A stretch of DNA of 63,383 nucleotides, counting the filler, from Dicyema japonicum (Eukaryota; Animalia; Dicyemida): assembly GCA_011109175.1 (NCBI GenBank). It is 7 parts of 7 records of this genome, joined end to end, with 100 filler letters (N's around TTAATTAATTAA, not from the genome) between each part and the next. Parts side by side here need not be neighbours in the genome. Positions count along the whole stretch, not along the records: positions 1 to 17,773 come from RDEW01000049.1; positions 17,874 to 24,365 come from RDEW01000275.1; positions 24,466 to 40,725 come from RDEW01000035.1; 4 more parts are not named here. One strand, written 5' to 3'. The notes under the pieces were generated by a model. The model was not told the origin of the DNA and searched no databases. It worked only from the letters and a program-made list of their open reading frames with translations. This document shows positions 12,641 to 24,779 of the stretch, in pieces; positions within the stretch are counted from its first letter, which is position 1, and every line of letters begins with the position of its first letter. The position numbers were made by a program, and so were the translations under genes.

Positions 12641-13071
12641 GACACTTGGAGTCATTGATGGCCTTGTTAGCAAAACTGATATATAAAAATTAACTAAGCA
12701 TTCATAAACACCCTGAATGATGACTAATTATGATCACTCAACATTGCACTACAAAACATCTCATTTAGATCCGTTAATGTCTTAATTTGATCGATGAATC
12801 GTGTAATTCACCACATTGTTCACGCAACAGAGCCTACAGAGAAATAGTAATAAAAAAAGTTACTAAAGTAAAATGAATCTATGAGGATCTATTATCGATT
12901 AGCAACCAAAAGATATATGTCAGGGACATAATTTGATCGATAAATCGTGTAATTCACCACATTGTTCACGCAACAGAGCCTACAGAGAAATAGTAATAAA
13001 AAAAGTTACTAAAGTGAAATGAATCTATGAGGATCTATTATCGATTAGCAACCAAAAGATATATGTCAGGG

Positions 13072-13250
13072 ACATCCGAAATCAACATAAAAGGTAAGAC
13101 GTCCATTACATGCAGTTGTCCATCCGGAATCAACATAAAAGGTAAGACCTCCATTACATGCAGTTGTGGAAACCCCTCCAGTGGAGTGGGGAAGAGCAAA
13201 TGATCCTTTTTCGTGCCGGCTTGGCACTGGGCGTCACCTAGACAGGTGGT
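13072..13250 (-). repeat. Family A repeat, copy 2 (truncated, with an internal ~50-nt duplication)
   Basis: Near-identical to the core of 29750-29880. Confidence 0.85.
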
Positions 13251-13939
13251 TAAAATTCCATTTAGTTAAAAACAATTAAGAGAAGATCATGCCCATTAAG
13301 TGATTTCACTCACTCTCTAAATGCTCACAAGATGGAAGATGACTTTTTATAAGCAGAATCATTAATATGGATTGGAAATAAAAAAAACATAAATATAAAT
13401 TTTAAAATAAACGACAAGATACACATCGATGTAAAAATTTTAAATTTAATTAATTTAAATTAATTTTATTTATAACAAAGTTTCATAAAATCCGTTTTTA
13501 ACCATGTAATCTCGGTTATCCTTCTCCAATATTGAAGTAAAACGCTTTCCGTCTATAAAGTAAGTCTTCTCCTTGATTTTGTCAAACGAAACCGAATAAC
13601 GGGGATCCTTCCGAGATTTGTTCAAAATCATCACTTTTTCCGCATAGGAATATTTATGAAACTCTGTAAAGCGTCATGTTTACTACAACCAGCTGCAGTG
13701 ACATTGACTCTTTCAGAGTTATACGACTGCTTTGAATTTATGCTGCTGAAGCTCAAGTGTCCGCATTTGGAGCCTTCGCTGTGTCCTTGTTAGTAACTTA
13801 AGGGAATAACCTGAGATTTTGTGATTCTGATCTTGACTCTCGTTTGGTTGCATCAAAAGCTCTTCGAGCGTTAAATTTAATATAAATCAGTACGTAATTA
13901 ATTATTCTTGTGAATAACACGCAATTATTCCAATTATTT

Positions 13940-14210
13940 GGGCTGGTGTTCGACGACAACAGCAGACTGGCAAATGTTTATGAGAGGCCTGTACACATGA
14001 ATTACCTCGTTAGAATCGAAAATCAGTATTATCAGTTTAATTAATGATAGGTAATGAAGGAATGATAGTAGAAAGTCTATTTTCTAAGCCAAAAAAATAA
14101 TTCTGGACGATCTTAACAGTTATTTCACAGAATTCATGTGGAAACAGAAAAATAAAAACACCGATTTCGAAGTACTATTTGTACTAATAGAGAATTTTGG
14201 TCCCTAACAA
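13940..14210 (+). mobile_element. Merlin/IS1595-like DDE transposase remnant
   Basis: WAGVRR..TGKCF (cf. WVFGGxER.T.KCF) and LNSYFTEFMWKQK..DFEVLF (cf. HL.SYL.EF.WR). Confidence 0.6.
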
Positions 14211-14560
14211 CCATTACCGCTAAATTATAATCATCAGTACATCGATCCATGCATTTCATATGCGTGTACTGCATAGGGACCACTGCTGGCTTTTATACGA
14301 ACATCCAGAAAATCTCCGCAACCCAGAAAAAGGCCTTCAAACTAACGGAGAGATGCACAGGGGAAAACATTAAATCACCGACGCTCATGGAGGAACTAAT
14401 CGAAAAAAACAAAAATGGACATCAATGCCAAAAAGGAAGTGCTCGCCCGCAACGAATTTGTGTAGGTTCATGGGATCAACATCGAGCAAAGATGAGAGCC
14501 TTGATACAATTCGTCGGGATCACTTAGTTTTGTTTATTCAGTTTAACAGTGGTCTTTGGA
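14200..14560 (+). mobile_element. LINE family B 3' end
   Basis: ..NIQKISATQKKA..CVGSWDQHRAKMRALIQFVGIT*. Confidence 0.8.
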
Positions 14561-15166
14561 ATTAATTTAATTATAAAAATTTAAATATTTACTATTAAAT
14601 TTTTATAATTATTCGTAAGAGAATATAAATTAAATATTTAATATTTAACTAAAAAAATTATCATATATGTATTTTATTGCAGGAAAGTGGCCGAACTTGG
14701 AAATCAATTTATTCCAAGCTGATATGCCTAAGGATCTCTGGAATGGTTTGGAAGATCAGTAAAAGAGCTATTGTCAAGATCGAAAATTTCATGACAATAA
14801 AGCTTTGAGATTCTTGGTAGTGGTTAATGATTGAGTTAACTAGTTATGTGATCGGTTTTCTTATCACAAATACAATGAATTTAGTGTGTTCCTCCTACGT
14901 TTCTCCCACTATTCTGATTCATCTCGGTCTTTGTTTAGCAGGAGTTAGTTAATATCGCTCTCGAATCAGGTAATATTCAAAAATAACATTTCTAAGCTAC
15001 CGATCATTTAAAGGCATTTTTTAAAGAAATCTGGAATACTTAATGTTTGCTAATTTGATGCGCCTATGATGAAATGGTGTGTCCTATGATTCGTAAAGTA
15101 ATTAAAATGACGTAAATCACATCTCACAATTTCCATATAAGCTTCTTTTAGTATACCAAGTATTAC

Positions 15167-15344
15167 CCACGTGGGTTTTTATAATTAGAAAGCCAAAGTA
15201 CAGGTCTATTGTCAGTTATCTTAAAATCTTAAGTTTTAGAAAACTCATGACCACGTGGGTGATAGTAAAATGATAAATAAGGACAAATTAATTAAAAAAA
15301 AGATTATTCAATTTTTTGACAAACAAAAAATTAGCCACGTGGGT
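15167..15344. promoter_or_regulatory. Three CCACGTGGGT (E-box-containing) motifs at exact 84-bp period
   Basis: Motif starts at 15167, 15251 and 15335; the spacers are unrelated AT-rich sequence. Function unknown. Confidence 0.5.
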
Positions 15345-15883
15345 TTGTTTAAAATCATTTTAACTGTAGAATCCCACGAATTTCAATTCTTGGTGACTTC
15401 AGACTGATCCAAGTAGGTTTTATTGGAATTAAAAAAATGAGGGCAAGGATCTTTGTTAAACTCTTTTAGTGATTAAATACTAGAGTGTTCATCTTATTTT
15501 TATTTTGGAAAGTTTTTAAGATTTTTTTGAAGGATGCAATAAAAGAAGTTGTTCGGTAGATTGGCTGCGGTTAGAAATTAACCTTTTCGTTAAAGCAGAA
15601 GAGGCATGACTCTGATAATTGTAGTTTAGATGGGAGATATCTTGTACATAGATTAGTGCCATTGACCACCCCTACTTTGGTAGATGATATTTGCTAATTA
15701 AAATTATTTCCAAAAACCAAGGGTAACCAAACTAACTAACTCCTTGATCCTGGCTAGTTTCAGCATTCCAGAACTTGTCATTAGGTAACGACGTTGTCCC
15801 CTGGGAAGAATCGATGGATCCCCTTGATGCCGGCCTCCTCAGTAAGGGGGCGCCATCGGAAGGAAAGAAAATAATTTTGACAA

Positions 15884-15915
15884 ACTATCCACGTATCACC
15901 ACATGGCGCCACGCG
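15884..15915 (-). repeat. Family A terminal fragment (copy 4)
   Basis: ccacgtatcaccacatggcgccacgcg versus ccacgcagcaccacatggccccacgcg near 29950. Confidence 0.65.
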
Positions 15916-16559
15916 AACTTAATAAACTGAAAATAATGAAATGTCGCTCAGAGTTACTTACTAAAGTTTCAAGATAATCTTTGGAAATATCAATTTCTCC
16001 AGAACAACCGCTAACAAGTTTTCCACGTGTCTCACAAAGAACATTCTTCGTCAAATCTGAAAATCCAATTAATTAGTTCGGAGTGTAGCTGGGTTAACTA
16101 ATATAAGAAGCCTTAAGTCCACCGTCTGGTTAGCAACCTCCATCACCGAACATGATTTACTTACTCCACAATCGTTCAGTTAACCACCGGTCCCCAAAAG
16201 GCATTTTACATCTTGATTTGATTCAAGGATAATCCCAACAAAGATGATTCACGTTATCCTTAAATCTTTAATAGTCCATAAATAATCTATCAATATTTGG
16301 ACTAACCCCTCCATTTGTTATCCACCAAAAGTTGTTTTTGTTACTATGCTCACTAATTACACATTTCCTTAATTACCTTCGGCCCTCCCATATAAATCTT
16401 CTAACGGTTTGTCTCAGAATCAGGGATTAATCTCTATAATGGAAAAGGTTTCCTCTCACATATTTGGGATGATTCTCGACAAAATCTGACTTTCGGCCCA
16501 AAGGGGAGCTCTGGAGAGTAAGCCATTTTAAGGAAATCTGTCATGCGATCCATGATTAA

Positions 16560-16850
16560 CTCGATATTTACGTTTTCAGTAGCAGCAGGTAGGTGTCACC
16601 ACTAAATATTATAAATCGCTTATACTATCACGTGTTTAAAGTAAACTTCTCAGATCACCGTCAAGAACTTCAGGAAGCATCGCTAGTAGACCTCTACAGA
16701 ATTTTCCACAAATATCGTAGAAAGGTTTTCCATGATGCCATTTGTTTGTGTGTTTGGTCCATTTTAGAATGCAAACAGATTTCAGCATGTCCTTATGACT
16801 AGGAGAGTTTTGGTCATTTGGAACATTTTACATATAACGCTTCCTTTTTT
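16560..16850 (-). mobile_element. RTE LINE 3' fragment
   Basis: ..RGLLAMLPEVLDGDLRSL is homologous to RTE C-termini at 26480-26760 and 33300-33500. Confidence 0.6.
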
Positions 16851-17269
16851 TCAATTAGCATTGGTCTCTTCAGTACAAAAAAGACCGTAATTATCTTGAA
16901 TGAGTGAGTTAAGCTTCTTCTCGAACTTTTTGATTCCCATTAAATCTGTATTACAACGAGGATCGACTTTGAGGAAGCCTTATACTGTCTAAGGCAAAGA
17001 CACATGACATTTTCCTATCCATAGTTCATTAACTTGTCGGTATGTTTAAAATTTGGATTTTTCTGATTAATATTACCAACTTTTTNGTTAAGTCTCTTCT
17101 CGAACTTTTTGATTCCCATTAAATCTGTATTACAACGAGGATCGACTTTGAGGAAGCCTTATACTGTCTAAGGAAAGACACATGACGTTTTCCTATCCAT
17201 AGTTCATTAACTTGTCGGTATGTTTAAAATTTGGATTTTTCTGATTAATATTACCAACTTTTTATAGAC

Positions 17270-17480
17270 ACCTCAACCCGACATGTCGTTATTAAAAATT
17301 TGCTTTGTTAGGTGTTGTCGCTTCACATGATGTTTTCCGACATATTCGACGTTGAATTGTCTCTCGCGATTGCAATAGAGATCAAATAGAGAAGCCACCG
17401 AGTCTCACGTGCGTCGTGCCTTTTTAGTGTAGCTAGGAGTCCAAGTTTTTTTTGAAAACGAAACGATCAATTCGATTATT
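17270..17480 (-). mobile_element. CRE-clade 3' end
   Basis: KLGLLATLKRHDARETRWLLYLISIAIARDN, homologous to 28244-28440 and 57480-57620. Confidence 0.75.
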
Positions 17481-17773
17481 TTTAGCCTTTGTTTCAAATA
17501 TTTATTTCACTACACTGGCTGGGTGATATCATCAATCAATCCTTTTCGGACCAAGACCACCAATAAAATAAAGGACTTATGAGACCGCCCAACACTCTCA
17601 GATGGACGTTTGATGGTAGCCGGCCTCCTACAGTGAAACAAGTGGTTCCTATTTTATATTTGATTTCGAAATTCTCATTTTAACACAATTTTATAAAATT
17701 ATTTTTCGACCTCGCAAACATAGGGACTTGCTCACGTTTGATTCCTGATATATGATTTTTACACTATTTTACA

Positions 17774-17873
17774 NNNNNNNNNNNNNNNNNNNNNNNNNNN
17801 NNNNNNNNNNNNNNNNNTTAATTAATTAANNNNNNNNNNNNNNNNNNNNNNNNNNNNNNNNNNNNNNNNNNNN
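17774..17873. other. Artificial contig spacer
   Basis: 44 N + TTAATTAATTAA (stops in six frames) + 44 N. Identical spacers at 24366, 40726, 46464, 48765 and 59445. Confidence 0.98.
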
Positions 17874-18048
17874 AATAAAAAAAGTCATCTGGGAACACGC
17901 AGTGATGTGATCTGTGGAGGAGGGGATGGTTCCTATTATTACATTAAAGATCTTATTATCAAAATAATTCCTATTATTAAAAATTATTATAAACAAATAT
18001 GTTTTATTTATTAATATTTTTTTCTTGTGGGCACATTTTTGTTATTAA

Positions 18049-18840
18049 ATGGCTATCGAAGATCTATTCAACAATGCTCAACTATTATCAGTAATTGGAG
18101 AAAATGATCTATATGAGCAAAATATAAAGACAAAAATAAACGAATGGACACATTTGGGGGATACTACTCTCCCTACAAATATACAAATAGTTGATTACTT
18201 AATCTAATGACTAGTAATATCCTCTGGCAAGCGTTATTCACTGATATTTTGCTGTGGAATACTTACAACCGAACTAAATACCTTATTTTAGCCTCTCTCC
18301 ACGAATTACTACACCCTGGGGAGTCCTTTTACTCATTTTCGAGAAATCAAATGATATATTGGACACAAAACTAATCAGATTACTCAAGATTGCTGGATTC
18401 TTTCCACCAATAGACGTAAAGTAATATTTGTAAACATACAGCATCAAATGAACTAAACTATTCATTCATCACTGCCCAGAAGGCTAGTTTTGCCAGTGGA
18501 CATCATATCGAATATTTGGAGTGAAATTGACTACGAGGAAGAGGGAGAGACTATCAACAGTGATGAGATATTGGAAGAACAAGACAAATTTCCTCCTGTG
18601 AGGATCAGTTACACAGCAAAGCAGAAGAGGAGAGCCTGTGCGAATTGTACGTGTGGATTGGATGTTACGGAGGGTGTGATGAGGTCTTCTTGTGGGAATG
18701 TATTTGTGTGGTTATAGTAGTAGTGCTATCTCGGAGATGCATTTCGATGTGATGGCTGTCCTTACAGTGGTTTGCCCCCTTCAACCGGGGATGTGGTCGA
18801 GATTCCGATACTGATTTGTTTGATCTTTAATCGAGTTTAA
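18049..18840 (+). CDS. CIAPIN1: Anamorsin / Dre2 (cytosolic Fe-S assembly), spliced, with apparent indel errors
   Basis: [23 protein letters not shown]-terminal domain; SDEILEEQD; [11 protein letters not shown]; SSCGN|[19 protein letters not shown]. Introns of 24-26 nt (e.g. gtatttgtgtggttatagtagtag). End approximate. Confidence 0.93.
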
Positions 18841-19004
18841 AATCATTTTATGTTAAAAATTGTGTTTTTGGCCTGACATTTGACGTATTTTTACTATCAT
18901 TTTCTCTGCCAATTTTACAGTATTACTAGTCTGTGATGATTTTCCGTTTAATTTTTTTACGTTTTTGGGGTTTAGGGGATCTAATTGAGGGCAATGGGCT
19001 CGAG

Positions 19005-21580
19005 GGTTGTTTCACGATGGTTAATTTGCGGAGGGTTTGAAGGGAATGGGAGATGTGTAGTTATATTGAGGCTGACCACAACATTCCAACAGTATTTAAC
19101 ACAAAGATAGCGTTTTAGTGAAATGTTTAATGTATTTCCACACATATAACTCACTCGATTTAGATATTCAAAAGAAATCAAAAATAAACCGCTGAAAACA
19201 AATTTGGAGTTAAATGAACAAAATTTCGACAAATTAAAGAATTGTGTCTACAAAACAACGTCATGTTCCAAGACCCGGACTTTCCTGCAGAAGAATCTTC
19301 TCTATTTTACAATAAAAAGATCCAAGGACAAATCACGTGGTCCGTCCGACAGTAAATCTGACTAAATTATGACAGGAAATTGTCAAAAATCCAAATTTCA
19401 TTGTGGACGGAGCTTCAAGATTTGACATAATTCAGGGATCTCTGGTGAATTTGACATAAAATGGATTCCCAGGTGATTGCTGGATGTTGGCAGCAGTGGC
19501 AGTCCTCACTACTGACCCGAGACTGTTTGCCAAAGTCGTCCCAATGGAGCAGACCTTTGAAGAATCTGAGTATTTTGGAGCATTTCGATTCATGTTTTGG
19601 CACTTTGGAGAATTCAAACAAGTCGTGGTTGACGACAGACTTCTACCCTGAACGGTGAACTCATATTTATGCAATCTACACGGAAAGACGAGTTCTGGTC
19701 TGCCCTTTTAGAGAAGGCATATGCCAAGTCAGTCCTCTGACCATTCCCAGGATGTGTGGCTGCTACCAAGCCCTCGAGGAGCTCAGCACTGGAAGCACTC
19801 ATTGACTTTACAGGCGGAGTCGAGAGAGATTTGACCTATCGAGGACCTCCTCTAACTATTTTCCCAACTCAACTCAGCCCTTCTCAGACGATCCTTAATG
19901 TCCTGTGCCATAATAGTATTACCACATTTACAAGTCAGGGTAACACTTTAGAAGGGAAACTGGCCAATGGACTTATCATGTTACACGCCTATTCGTTAAC
20001 AGGGCTAAGACAAGTCATCAAATTAATATAAAATAGGTGACCCTGACTAGATTGGGACAGAAAATTCAGTTGGTGAGATTACGGAATCCGTGGGGACAAG
20101 TTGAATGGAATGGTCGTGGATGATGGTCATCCGAGTGGGACTCATCTCGGAGATTGAAAGACATGAACTTGATCTGTCTGTCAAAACGACGGAGAATTCT
20201 GGTCGGGAATTCCTGTGAGTTGTAGGATGGATTGGAAGGATTTTACTTCGAATTATTCGATTGTCGAGATATGCAACCTCCAGCCCGATTCCGCCACGGA
20301 TTCCGTGATCGATGACTGGAAGTTGAGGCTATTCGAGGGGTCGTGGGTTAAATTTATCAGCGCGGGAGGAAATATTAAGTCAAGTGAGGTTTTTTGGTTA
20401 TTTTTTTGAATCGTATTTGTCAAATCCTACGTTTTTGTTCAAGTTGGGGAGACTCAGCAGAGGACCACGGAAGTCCTCATTTCGGTCTCTCAGAAAGATC
20501 GGAGGAGACTGTTTGCCCAAGGGAAATCAATGTTGGCCATTGGATTCCACGTTTTGAGGTATTTTTCAAATTATGAGAATTGGTGGAAAACAACGCCCAG
20601 TTGGGGGTTCTGGTCCTTACAGTAATAAAAGAGAAATATCCCAGAGATTTGAACTGAGGACTGGGAGTTACTCCCTTATAGTGTCCACATACGAGCCTAA
20701 TATTCCTGGGGAATTTTAGTGAGGATTTTCAGTGAGACGGAGACCACAGAAGTGTATAACAATTTATTTTATTTATATTTAAAATAATAATAATTAATAT
20801 TTTTAAATAAATTATTTTAGTGAGGAACAAGTTGATCAAGTGGTGAGTTATTGGTCATATTATTATCTAAGGACCCCATCAATGATACTGAGGACGTCGA
20901 CTCAATGTTTAGGGAGGTAGCTGGTGCAGATATGGAGATACAACTAATGATCTTTACACATTATTGAACAAAGAATCAAATATTGGTTAAATTAATTTAA
21001 ATTAATTATAAAATTAATCTTAATTAATTATTAAATTAATTAATAATAAAATAGGTAAAAATGAGTTCTCGTGGAGAAACACTGCACATTTGATTTCACT
21101 ATACGACGTTGGTATTGTACTCTGAGTACTAGACTGACGGGACCGGATCTCTCGGCCTGGAGGAATTCAGAGACCTTTGGATAAGAATGACTCAAGCCAG
21201 AGTATGTCTTATTTGTCTAAGTAAAGATCATCTTCAAAGAGGCGGACACTGACAATTCAGGCAACACTGAGCACATTTGAACTGAGGAGAGCAATCCGAC
21301 GCACAGGCATGCCCATTCTGTGTATCCTCAGGCAATAGAATAAGCAACAGGACGACAATGTCTTTGGTACTGAAACACTCTGATAAAAATGGCCCGTTCT
21401 TGTTAGACGATTTCGTTGTTTGTGTTGTCAAAATCAACAGAGCTGCTGGTTTATTCCTTCTTGGCATTCTTTCTAGCAATTTCAGACGACAAGCCAAGTC
21501 TTCGCAGGTGGCTACATTTACACTAGAAAGGTAGGTGGTTGGTTTATTTTTTAGTTATCGACGATGTGTGTTCTCTTTAA
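19005..21580 (+). CDS. Classical calpain (CysPc + C2L domain III + penta-EF-hand), multi-exon, with indel errors
   Basis: FQDPDFP; QGSLG|DCW (catalytic Cys); [13 protein letters not shown]; HAYS (His); RLRNPWG (Asn); DGEFW; EGSW..SAGG; [13 protein letters not shown]; GLEEFRDLW; [11 protein letters not shown]. Introns at 19352-19375 and 19445-19472 among others. Start codon uncertain. Confidence 0.93.
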
Positions 21581-21711
21581 TTTAATAATATTAATTATTT
21601 ATTTCTAACAGGAAATTTTCTTTTATTATTTTAATAAGGAATTAATTTATAATAAATTTTAAATAATTTATAATAAATTTTTAAATAATTTATTTTCTGG
21701 TGGTGTTAAGC

Positions 21712-24365
21712 ATGGAGACCGAATTAAATATTCATGAAAGAAGATGCCCTAATGAAATTAGGCTTACTTTTGTAAAAAAAACAATAAAATAATAAATTAA
21801 AGGACGATTCAGACATCCCTTTCGAAGAAGAACTAATCAGGAACCCTTCTCAGTAAAAATATGGCTGAGATACATCGAGCACAAAGAGGACTCCAACCCA
21901 GAGACCCTCTACATCCTCTATGAACGGGCCATAAAAGAGCTTCCTGGAAGGTAACCCCTGGAAATCACAACAGCTATAAAATATGGATCCACTACCTCAA
22001 TTTCCGAACAGAACGAACCAAACTGTTGTGTGTGAACAGTCAAGAGTATCAGAAACTGAATGAACTGTACGAAAGAGCCCTCATACTTATGGGAAAAGTA
22101 TTACAAGCCCGTATTACTTGATAGATGCCCAGAATATGGATAAACTACCTCGATTTGCTTATCCATGAAGGACTGATCACTCGACGAGGCGAACATTCGA
22201 CCGATGCCTCATATCCCTGCCCATAAACACAACACAAAGAATGTGGCATCACTTTATTTTTTAAAGCAATGTAATGTTCACTGACTACATTTAAATTGTT
22301 TAAACGCTATTTAAAAGTACTCAGGTGTGGTATTCTATTGTTAGATCAAGTGGGACTGTGCTGAAGATGTGTTATTTACTATAGAGTGTGGGGGTACTTT
22401 AACGATGCTGCTAAACTGCTTATGGATATCATCAACGACCAGAGATTTGTCTCAAAACACGGAAAATCAAAATATCAGGTACACACATGAGTTATATTTA
22501 AATTATTATTTAAAATTAATTAAAATATATTTTTAATAAAACTAAATTATTTATATATTAATTTTGGTAAGTTGTGGGTGATTTATGCGAAACTGATGGT
22601 GAAGCACGTGGATATAACATCAATTGACGTGGATGCCATTATAAGACAGGGATAGACCTCACAGTGATCAAACAGGATGTTGTGGAACTCCCTGGTGGAG
22701 TACTACACCCGGAATGGCAGTTTGATAAGGCGAGGGATGTATATGAGGAGGCAATGCTCAAAGTGAAGACTGTGTGTGACTTTACCCAAATATATGAAGG
22801 ATATGCTCATTTCGAGGAGTCCCTGACATCTGCAGCCATTGCAGTTGGAGAGGACGCCACAGAAGATGGTTGGTTCCCTCTGTCTTTATACCCAGAAATA
22901 CTCGATGTGGAGTACTGTGCTGCCAGATATGAGTACTTGATAGAACGGAGGGCAATGATGCTGAACAGGCAGTCTCTCTTTGCTTATTTGCAGTGTTAAA
23001 ATCAGACAAAACCCTCACAATGTGGAGAACTGGCAGCAGAGGGCACTCCTGGCTGCGGAGAGGGAGGATCCTGTGGGGTTGTGGAGGTGTATACGGAGGC
23101 ACTTCATACAATTAACAACGAAATAGCAGTGGGGAAACCACATTCACTGTGGGTGGCATTTGCATTGTTTTATTGAAAAGGCGGGAAATATAAAACAAGT
23201 ATTTTTTCGCGCCATTTTAATAAAGGCTCGAAATGTGTTTGAAAGGGCAATTGAGGTGGTGTTCACTTAGTAGAGGATTTGCGAGTTTTGGAGTGAGTGG
23301 ATGAGATGGAGATTAGACAGGAGTTTGAATATACACTCAAACCCCCTAGAAACATCCCCAGGCATTCGACCTCCTCAAAAAAGTGACCTGTCCCCCAAAA
23401 CAGAGGCCACGTCTCATATTTCGACAAATCCACTCGAATCCACAGCCGAGTGCACAAGTCTCTAAAACTGTGGTCACTTATGCTGACTTGGAAGAGAGTT
23501 TTTGACTGCTTTGAGGTACAGTGGATTGTATATTGTAGAATGCAGGGCAGTGTACGAACAGCATCCTCGACTGAGAATAGCCACTCCTCAGTTAATAATG
23601 AACTACGCCCTGTTATGGAGGAACACAAATATTTGAGCAGTCGTATCAGGTAGTGGTAGTGGTATGGACGGGCTAGGTATTCGAGCGAGGATTGGACTGT
23701 TTCGGTGGCCAGTGGTGGTCGACTGTGGAATTCATATCTGTCCAGTTTATAGGCGATAATGTGAGAGATTGGAATGGCATTGCAGGGTGGAGACAAACTG
23801 GAGAGATGTCGGACTTGTTTGAGCAGTGTCTCGAGGATTGTCCTCCCCAATATTCCCAACGTTGGCCTGTGGATTATAAGAATAGATTTTTATACAATGT
23901 ACGGGCAGATGGAGGAGGACCACGGACTGAGGAGACAGGCCATGGCAATCTACCAACGAGCCACGGAATGTGTGCCAATGGAGACCAAAATGAAGGTATT
24001 GGTCAATAGGGAGTCCCAGATGTTCAAACATTACATATCACGGGCTTCCGAATGGTTTGAATGACGAGTGTGCGAGGAATATACGAGAAGGCCATCGAGG
24101 TGTTGGGTGACGGACAGTCGGTCAGTGTGGGTGATTGGTAGAGAAATGAGCATTGCCTTTGCCAAATTGGAGAGAAGTTGGGGGAAATGGAGAGAGCGAG
24201 AGTGATATACAGTCACTGTTCTCAGTTCTGTGACCCTGCGGTATTGGGGAGGTGGGCAGTTTAGTGGATGACGAGTTCTGGTCGTTGTGGTCGCAGTTTG
24301 AGTTGCATTATGGAAATGAGACACCATTCGGGAGATGTTGAGGGTCAAGCGCTCAGTGCAGGCGT
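21712..24365 (+). CDS. XAB2: Pre-mRNA splicing factor SYF1/XAB2 (HAT repeats), 3' end cut by a spacer
   Basis: DIPFEEELIRNPFSVKIWLRYIEHK..LYERAIKELPG|SYKIW; MPRIWINY; KARDVYEEAM; KSLKLWSL; ELHYGNE..IREMLRVKRSVQA. Many 21-27-nt introns and homopolymer frameshifts. Confidence 0.95.
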
Positions 24366-24465
24366 NNNNNNNNNNNNNNNNNNNNNNNNNNNNNNNNNNN
24401 NNNNNNNNNTTAATTAATTAANNNNNNNNNNNNNNNNNNNNNNNNNNNNNNNNNNNNNNNNNNNN
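24366..24465. other. Artificial contig spacer
   Basis: 44N-TTAATTAATTAA-44N. Confidence 0.98.
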
Positions 24466-24779
24466 TAATAATAATACTCAACAACACCTGCCTGTTCGCT
24501 ATTCGATTCTGGCTGCTGAAACAACTCCGAGAGCACATTTTCCAATTGAGCCCTCTGCCCATACGGCATCTCCGGGCTCTACCTCCTATACTCCATTGTC
24601 AGGATCTCTAGGGTTCGCTTTAATACAGTGAACTGTAGATAGGCCTAGAGCTTTCTATCTAATTAAAATCCATTACTTATTAAAAAATAGTTAATTTTAA
24701 TTTATTGACTGAATTAAATTTTTATTGACCTGCCGATTAAATCAAGTTTGGACATACTGAATTGGTTGAATACTAACTC

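Noticed and set aside
12786-13075. Near-identical 120-185-bp tandem duplications without n (also ~1870-2150, ~3931-4163, ~47078-47349, ~60480-60710)
   Set aside because: Two copies only and about 97-99% identical; probably haplotype or gap-filling artefacts. Read mapping would be needed to rescue them.
15167-15344. CRISPR-like repeat/spacer reading
   Set aside because: The repeat is only 10 bp, spacers are 74 bp, there are no cas genes and the context is eukaryotic. Kept as a phased motif instead.
17774-17873. TTAATTAATTAA palindrome repeated six times inside N runs
   Set aside because: Exact 44+12+44 layout with stops in all six frames marks an artificial linker. Gene neighbourhoods across these points are not evidence of real linkage.
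23263-23859. 198-aa minus-strand ORF (and similar ORFs at 22782, 23747, 24031 and 45103-46004)
   Set aside because: Antisense or alternate frames of XAB2 and DAZAP1 exons.
18049-24365. Many frameshifts in essential genes, suggesting insertional RNA editing, programmed frameshifting or pseudogenes
   Set aside because: The sites I inspected are homopolymer length changes in both directions (missing T, A, G or C in XAB2 and calpain; extra A in CFAP20), while YPEL and DAZAP1 are clean. Sequencing error is the simplest explanation; comparing DNA reads with RNA reads would settle it.
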